From a virus (Duplodnaviria; Caudoviricetes), in IMG/VR virus record IMGVR_UViG_3300027963_003320, positions 1 to 53,394 of that record: DNA of 53,394 nt; one strand, written 5' to 3'. Below the pieces are notes generated by a model. That model did no database searches. It saw nothing but the letters and a program-made list of their open reading frames with translations, and was not told the origin of the DNA. This document shows, piece by piece, positions 48,485-53,394 of the stretch. A program made the position numbers and the translations under genes. Within the stretch, counting starts at the first letter, position 1. Each line of letters opens with the position of its first letter.

Positions 48485-50161
48485 ATGCAAATTGATTTTA
48501 ATTGGGTAAAGGTAGATAATATAAATAAATTTATTTATTTTAATTATTTTATATTTTCATCCGGCAATATGTTTTTTGAAAAATATGCATTTGATTTTGT
48601 TATTGAATTGGTAAATAGTAAAAAATATACCGATTATAAAATAATAATAGACCAGTTATCCGAACCAATTTGTAATGCAGGTAAACAGAGTTCAACAAAT
48701 GGATACCTAAACAATTATAAACTAATTGCTCCACATTTAAAAAATAAAGAAGTATATTTTATTTCTGATAATTCAAGTAAACAATTTAAAGAATGGATTA
48801 AAGAAGAATTTGGATGGAAACATATAACATACCACTTTCATTTTAATAATATAGTTACGGCAGCATTTACAAAATTGCCAATAAAAATAAAATCGGATTC
48901 GTATAAAAAGAAAATTATTATTATAAATGGAAATATGGATAATGACCACAAACCATTAGCTAAAAAAATGATGACTGATTTAAACCTATGGGATATATCA
49001 TATTGGTCATTCGCTGATAATACTAATTTTGGAATGGAAATATATCAACATTCAAAAAATTTATTTGTAATTTTTCAAAAATTAATTCCCCTATTTGAAA
49101 ATTCATTTTTATATGTAGTGACAGAAACATCATCTGATAACACTTACACCGATACAAATATTAGAGTAGATTTTATGTCAAAAATGGGTAGAGCATTGAT
49201 ATTACCTATGCCATTTGTAGTAATTGGAAATATGGGTGTATTAAAACATTTAAAAGAATTGGGATTCAAAACATTTTCAAATTGGTTTGATGAATCATAT
49301 GATGATATTGAAAATTTGGAAGAAAGAATGGTAGTAATAAAAAATTTAATTAAATCATTAAAAGATATAACATCCGAAAACCAATTAAAAATGAGAAATG
49401 AAATGTTAGACATTTTTACGCATAATAGGAAAGTTTTAAAAGAAATGATGTATTTTGAAGAAAAAAATATAAATTTGGAAATACCAAATTTTTTAACTAA
49501 ATTTGGTTATGAACCAATTAACTATGAAATAATGGAAGAATATAATATAAATAAATTTACAATTTTTTATCATAAAAATTTAGATGGTGGTGGGACTACA
49601 TTTGGAATAAATGCATTAAATTCATCAAATGTAAAAAAACAAATAAAATCCGGAAATATTTTAGAAATATGTTCGGGTCCTGGTTTTATGGGATTTTGGA
49701 CATATTATCACGAATATGCTAAAAAATTATTTTTATTAGATATTAATTCTGAAAATGAAGAGTATATAAATAAAACAATAGATTATAATACAATTGGTAA
49801 TAATACAAAGTTTAAACAATCCAATGTATTTGATAGTTTTACAGATAATATAATTTTTGATACAATAATAAGTAATCCACCACATTTTAAAACAAAAAGA
49901 CCTGGAGGATATAGAAATGAAAATGAAAAATTAATATCATTAGATGAAAATATGGAATTTCATATAAAATTTTTTAAAGATGTTAAACGATTTATGGATA
50001 AAAATAGTCGTATTATATTGGTTGAAAATTGTGATGGAGTAACTGAAGAAGATATACGAGAAATGACAAAAAACGATTTTAGAGTAGAATTAGTTGAATA
50101 TAATAAATATGGTTGGCAAGGAGAATCTACTTTTTATACAATTATTTTATACTTATTGTAA
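48485..50161 (+). CDS. Two-domain protein: GT-like N-terminus plus class I SAM methyltransferase
   Basis: VVTET...PFVVIG...L..LKELGFKTF..WFDESYD; LEICSGPGFMG, LLDIN and ISNPPHF. Confidence 0.75.
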   Translation: MQIDFNWVKVDNINKFIYFNYFIFSSGNMFFEKYAFDFVIELVNSKKYTDYKIIIDQLSEPICNAGKQSSTNGYLNNYKLIAPHLKNKEVYFISDNSSKQFKEWIKEEFGWKHITYHFHFNNIVTAAFTKLPIKIKSDSYKKKIIIINGNMDNDHKPLAKKMMTDLNLWDISYWSFADNTNFGMEIYQHSKNLFVIFQKLIPLFENSFLYVVTETSSDNTYTDTNIRVDFMSKMGRALILPMPFVVIGNMGVLKHLKELGFKTFSNWFDESYDDIENLEERMVVIKNLIKSLKDITSENQLKMRNEMLDIFTHNRKVLKEMMYFEEKNINLEIPNFLTKFGYEPINYEIMEEYNINKFTIFYHKNLDGGGTTFGINALNSSNVKKQIKSGNILEICSGPGFMGFWTYYHEYAKKLFLLDINSENEEYINKTIDYNTIGNNTKFKQSNVFDSFTDNIIFDTIISNPPHFKTKRPGGYRNENEKLISLDENMEFHIKFFKDVKRFMDKNSRIILVENCDGVTEEDIREMTKNDFRVELVEYNKYGWQGESTFYTIILYLL

Positions 50162-50182
50162 ATAACTTAAAATTAAATTATT

Positions 50183-50341
50183 ATGTGGAAAATTTGCTTA
50201 TCAGGAACAGACATTGCAATTGAAGGATGTGAGTCTATGACCGAAGAACAAGTAACTATTTGGTTTTTAGAAAATCAAGTAACATTAGATGAAGCAAATG
50301 AATATGGTGATACCACTAAATTCATTTGCTTAAATGTTTAA
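50183..50341 (+). CDS. Small acidic protein (52 aa) missing from the ORF track
   Basis: MWKICLSGTDIAIEGCESMTEEQ...FICLNV*; TAATG coupling to the next gene. Confidence 0.6.
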   Translation: MWKICLSGTDIAIEGCESMTEEQVTIWFLENQVTLDEANEYGDTTKFICLNV

Positions 50342-51054
50342 TGGTGGATTATAAAGGTTACGAATTTTATTTATTTGGATGTTCACATTCATCCAATCTA
50401 CATCACGAAACATTTCCTTATTTTGATAAAGCGGTTACATTGTGTTATGGTGGAAATTCTAATGATAGAATTTTACGTGAACTAAAAGATACAATATTAC
50501 ATTTAACAAATAATTTAACACAAAAAGTAGATAATATATATTTTAATATACAATTTACTTATTTTAATAGATTTGAAATATATTCGGATGTAGATAAAAA
50601 ATATATTCCATTTCACTCTCCAAACATAGCAAAACAACATTTTACAGAAAATCATCCATTATCAAAAGAATATAACGAATTTTATAAAAATTGGTTAACT
50701 TATATTTTTGATGAAGAAACTAGATTAAAAGAATTACTAATAGAATGTAAAATTCTTAAAAATTTAATGGATTCATTTGGTATAAAATATAGTTGGTGTT
50801 TGTGGGCAGGAATACATGGTGTTGAAATTGTAAATAGTGAAAAGCAAATAATTCAACAAAATATTATATTTACAAATGAATTTGAAGAACTTGGATTTGA
50901 AAAATTTGATGAATTTTGGTATTTTGAAGATTACGCAAAATTTAATAAAATGAGAAATTGTGATATAGCGGATAATATAGATGAACATTTACATACTGAA
51001 GCAAATTATGTTTTAGCAGAAATCGTCAAATTAAAATTCATACAAAAAACTTAA
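50341..51054 (+). CDS. SGNH-like protein (paralog 7)
   Basis: LFGCSHS, GNSN, IQFTY..R and DEHL; ATG 50341 by TAATG overlap. Confidence 0.62.
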   Translation: MVDYKGYEFYLFGCSHSSNLHHETFPYFDKAVTLCYGGNSNDRILRELKDTILHLTNNLTQKVDNIYFNIQFTYFNRFEIYSDVDKKYIPFHSPNIAKQHFTENHPLSKEYNEFYKNWLTYIFDEETRLKELLIECKILKNLMDSFGIKYSWCLWAGIHGVEIVNSEKQIIQQNIIFTNEFEELGFEKFDEFWYFEDYAKFNKMRNCDIADNIDEHLHTEANYVLAEIVKLKFIQKT

Positions 51055-51091
51055 TACATAACTCATTGATTTCCAATAACTTACAAGTTTA

Positions 51092-51123
51092 TTTGGTAAT
51101 TCAGGATATTTATCGTATATTTG
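51092..51123 (+). promoter_or_regulatory. -33/-7 promoter (copy 6), for tmRNA
   Basis: TTTG-N20-TATATTTG, an exact match to the Bacteroidota TTTG / TAnnTTTG consensus. Confidence 0.85.
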
Positions 51124-51135
51124 ATATAACAAATT

Positions 51136-51501
51136 GGGGATGCTATGGAATTGATTGCAATGTAAATGGTAGTATCACACGTGGACAAAGCATGAATGTC
51201 CTTAAATACTTGCAAAACAACAAAAGACGAAAAGTCAACAATGACTTACAATGACCTTATGGCATTCGTAGGTATGGATTACGCTGTAGCAGCATAACCA
51301 ATCCCGTACACATCATGGGACTTTAAATAGAATGTGAAATGAGTTTACTGAAACCTAAAATCAGTTGGTGGCCAGTTGTATTACCATACAGCCCTTATTA
51401 TTTTGGAAAGTTTGTAAGATTAAACTTTATCCTAAACGTGTGAAATGCTGATATTATTAGTTCTTTGTAAGACAGGGGTTCGATTCCCCTCATCTCCACC
51501 A
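51136..51501 (+). ncRNA. ssrA: tmRNA
   Basis: Acceptor GGGGATG/CATCTCC with G3.U70, T arm AGGGG-TTCGATT-CCCCT, ACCA end; internal tag frame ending YAVAA* at 51297. Confidence 0.95.
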
Positions 51502-51511
51502 AAAAAACATA

Positions 51512-51542
51512 TTTGGTAATTTGAAAAAGTTATCGTATATTT
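51512..51542 (+). promoter_or_regulatory. -33/-7 promoter (copy 7), for tRNA-fMet
   Basis: TTTGGTAA at 51512 and TCGTATATTT at 51533. Confidence 0.8.
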
Positions 51543-51552
51543 AATTTAATAT

Positions 51553-51624
51553 CGCGGGATAGAGCAGAGGTAGCTCACGTGGCTCATAACCACAAGGTCG
51601 GAGGTTCGAATCCTTCTCCCGCAA
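51553..51624 (+). tRNA. tRNA-Met(CAT), initiator type
   Basis: Cloverleaf with C1:A72 mismatch, CTCATAA loop and GTTCGAATC T loop; CCA not encoded. Confidence 0.92.
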
Positions 51625-51628
51625 CAAA

Positions 51629-51697
51629 TAAGATGATTGGTTGAAGCCAATAGTAATAAAACCGACTATGTGTTAAAGCCGGACATCAATTATCTTA
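51629..51697 (+). ncRNA. Candidate small structured RNA
   Basis: TAAGATGATTG (51629-39) pairs with CAATTATCTTA (51687-97), enclosing short hairpins. Confidence 0.35.
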
Positions 51698-51714
51698 AAA
51701 AAGTTTTAAATAAA

Positions 51715-51745
51715 TTTGGTAGAATAAAAAATTATTCGTATATTT
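51715..51745 (+). promoter_or_regulatory. -33/-7 promoter (copy 8), for the large ncRNA
   Basis: TTTGGTA at 51715 and TCGTATATTT at 51736. Confidence 0.8.
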
Positions 51746-51749
51746 ATTA

Positions 51750-52655
51750 AAACCGAAAGGAAGTTCTTTAAAAGATTAAAATATTTACGAAGTGGGTTTC
51801 GACTCACATAGTAAACAACGGCCGCTTATGGTCGTCAAATAAACTACGAAAGTAGGATAAAGTGGGTGTATTTAAGTGATACATCTGCGGTTACTCTCCC
51901 CGTAAGGAGAGACTAACTTAAGTAAGCAAGTGGGATATTGTTTGAGCTTTGTACGAAAGGGTAACACTATATCGGAAGAGTTTGGATAATTGGGGTAGTA
52001 TAGATACTCCAATTGAGGTGGGAACACCAATAAGAATAACCCATAGAATATCTTGTAAGAAGTGTAGACTTAATCCCTCTACATCATTGCGGTATTCAGT
52101 TTGATAGTTATCTTAACATTAAGCCATCCGAAAGGACGCAAGATAAGATAGTGTACAAGTGGTGTTGTTACCATCCTTATATAGAGTTTGCCAAAACCTA
52201 TATTTGAAGATGACTTAAAAAACCGCAGTAGGGATATTGCATCGAGTAGTTTAGTATTCTCTTGACCAAAAGTTGAGGGAGCTAGTGGTAAACCGCTACT
52301 TGAATCATTCTATAAACTAAAACTCAATTTGAATAGTAATTCAAACTACAATTTAAAATTAAGCTTAAGTGTTTACCAGTTGCAGATGAAAGGTGTGTAC
52401 ATAGTTAAGAGATGTTCTTAGCCACGATACCTCCGCAAGAGGTCTGTGATTCTATCGAAAGGTTTCTAATTCCGCAAGAATTAATTAGGTCGCGAGGCTT
52501 GAAGAAAATAAGTAAGTAGAGAGTAATCGGCAACTTATAGACTGATAGTCTTAAATCATCCACATTGAATTGGTACTACTCAAAAGGTAGTGGAAACGGG
52601 AGGAACTAATAATCTTTCTAAAGCTGGTTCACCAAATAGAGTATTCTCATCTATT
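51750..52655 (+). ncRNA. Large structured ncRNA, GOLLD-like; ends approximate
   Basis: About 900 nt with no ORF of 60 aa or more, own promoter, many GNRA/UUCG-type hairpins, flanked by tRNAs. Confidence 0.7.
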
Positions 52656-52660
52656 TATAA

Positions 52661-52730
52661 GCGGTGTTAGTGTAACAGTAGCACATCGGACATTCCAGTT
52701 CGAAGGAGGGGGGCAGCACCTTTTACCGCT
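52661..52730 (+). tRNA. Non-canonical tRNA-Gly(TCC)-like RNA
   Basis: GCGGTG/TACCGC acceptor, U discriminator, intact D and anticodon stems; D loop lacks GG, T loop lacks TTC, anticodon loop is 8 nt. Confidence 0.6.
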
Positions 52731-52817
52731 CAACAGTAATTTAATGAGGCTAGTATTAACCGGAGCATGACTTGACGTGGCGTATTTTGAAATTGAATTA
52801 CTTTTTATAGAGAAAAA

Positions 52818-52886
52818 ATGAAGAACTTAACATTACATACAGCAGATTGTCTAACCATTAGAATTTGGGGTGGCAATAGTATGTAA
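52818..52886 (+). CDS. Putative attenuator leader peptide (22 aa)
   Basis: MKNLTLHTADCLTIRIWGGNSM* after an A-rich start; the stop overlaps the antiterminator strand. Confidence 0.65.
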   Translation: MKNLTLHTADCLTIRIWGGNSM

Positions 52887-52931
52887 AGTTAGGAAAGTTT
52901 ATTCAAATAATTTATGGAAACCCTGACTTTA
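52884..52931 (+). promoter_or_regulatory. Antiterminator helix
   Basis: TAAAGTTAGG (52884-93) pairs with CCTGACTTTA (52922-31): 10 bp with one G.U, sequestering the terminator 5' arm. Confidence 0.65.
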
Positions 52932-52954
52932 ATTAGTTGGGGTTTTTTGTTTTT
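52918..52954 (+). terminator. Intrinsic terminator directly before the tRNA array
   Basis: AAACCCTGACT-ttaatt-AGTTGGGGTTT then TTTGTTTTT. Confidence 0.85.
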
Positions 52955-53027
52955 GGAGTATAGCTCAATTGGTTAGAGCACCATCCTGATACGGTGGTTG
53001 TTGAAAGTTCGAGTCTTTCTATTCCAA
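52954..53027 (+). tRNA. tRNA-Ile(GAT)
   Basis: Cloverleaf; anticodon 52988-90. Confidence 0.92.
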
Positions 53028-53033
53028 CACATA

Positions 53034-53104
53034 TCCGGTTTAGTGCAATGGCAGCATGTAGGTCTCCAAAACCTTTGATTACAGTTCGAGTCTGTAAACC
53101 GGTG
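53034..53104 (+). tRNA. tRNA-Trp(CCA)
   Basis: Cloverleaf; anticodon 53066-68; G73; U1:U72 mismatch. Confidence 0.9.
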
Positions 53105-53109
53105 CAAAT

Positions 53110-53182
53110 AGTTTCATAGTGAAATGGATTATCACATAACACTACGAATGTTAGAGTGTAGGTTCGAGTCCTACTGAAACTA
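53110..53182 (+). tRNA. tRNA-Arg(ACG)
   Basis: Cloverleaf; anticodon 53144-46. Confidence 0.92.
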
Positions 53183-53188
53183 CAATAA

Positions 53189-53259
53189 GGTGAGTTGTCC
53201 GAGTGGCTAGGTGAAGGTCTGCAAAACCTTTTACATTGGTTCGATTCCAATACACACCT
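53189..53259 (+). tRNA. tRNA-Cys(GCA)
   Basis: Cloverleaf; anticodon 53221-23; U73; one A:A mismatch in the acceptor stem. Confidence 0.9.
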
Positions 53260-53266
53260 CTTATAT

Positions 53267-53338
53267 GTTGAGCGTAGCCTAATGGTAGGGCAAAAGTTTG
53301 TGGCACTTTGTGTGTGAGTTCGATTCTCATCGTTCAAC
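53267..53338 (+). tRNA. tRNA-His(GTG)
   Basis: Encoded G-1:C73 pair; anticodon 53300-02. Confidence 0.92.
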
Positions 53339-53344
53339 CAAAAT

Positions 53345-53394
53345 ACCCGTATGGCGGAATTGGTATACGCAGTGGTCTTAGAAGCCATACAATT
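53345..53394 (+). tRNA. tRNA-Leu(TAG), truncated by the window end
   Basis: GGCGGAATTGGTATACGC D arm and GTGGT-CTTAGAA-GCCAT anticodon arm. Confidence 0.85.

Noticed and set aside
857-50988. Other minus-strand ORFs of 60-160 aa
   Set aside because: All lie opposite well-supported plus-strand genes and show no recognisable motifs.
1-51054. Alternative genetic code (stop-codon reassignment), as in some large phages
   Set aside because: Genes are full length in code 11. TAG and TGA end genes right at the next start (e.g. 6183, 7453, 8791), and only one in-frame stop was found.
51066-51254. 62-aa ORF in the track
   Set aside because: It overlaps the tmRNA promoter and 5' domain; TTG start and no coding features.
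51750-52655. Group I/II intron or rRNA fragment
   Set aside because: No interrupted host gene, it has its own promoter, and I recognised no intron core or rRNA signature. A covariance search is still needed.
52745-52771. Tiny ORF MRLVLTGA* upstream of the leader
   Set aside because: Eight codons, no linked structure found; cannot be told from chance.
52933-53388. 151-aa minus-strand ORF
   Set aside because: Antisense shadow of six tRNA genes.
1-53394. Cellular (bacterial) origin suggested by iscU, hddA, tmRNA and GT genes
   Set aside because: The T4-like clamp and loader, endolysin, single-strand dense layout, CCA-less tRNA array and mosaic gene order fit a large phage better.

Overview
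This window is an AT-rich, gene-dense, single-strand-biased (+) segment of a large (jumbo-type) tailed phage genome. The host is most likely Bacteroidota, judging from eight TTTG-N20-TAnnTT promoters, no Shine-Dalgarno motifs seen, and DUF4494 and Hc1-like genes. From left to right it holds: (1) a T4-like replication block (clamp C-terminus, dUTPase, two clamp-loader subunits, PD-(D/E)XK nuclease); (2) a large glycosylation and sugar-nucleotide island, with seven SGNH-like paralogs scattered across the window; (3) two radical SAM genes and an iscU-ferredoxin-iscA cassette; (4) a ParB/Srx-like gene linked to the next ORF by an A10 slippery site; (5) a GH19 endolysin; (6) a ~12 kb cluster of exported proteins (two CsgG-like, two cohesin/dockerin-like, beta-barrels, lipoproteins); (7) an RNA cluster with tmRNA, tRNA-fMet, a ~900 nt GOLLD-like RNA, a non-canonical tRNA-Gly-like RNA and the start of a tRNA array. 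The most striking unexplained structure is a 22-codon leader ORF with mutually exclusive antiterminator and terminator helices directly before the tRNA array. Its codons match five of the six visible downstream anticodons, suggesting a ribosome-stalling attenuator that switches phage tRNAs on when host tRNAs are depleted. All calls come from reading motifs by eye; no searches or folding programs were run.
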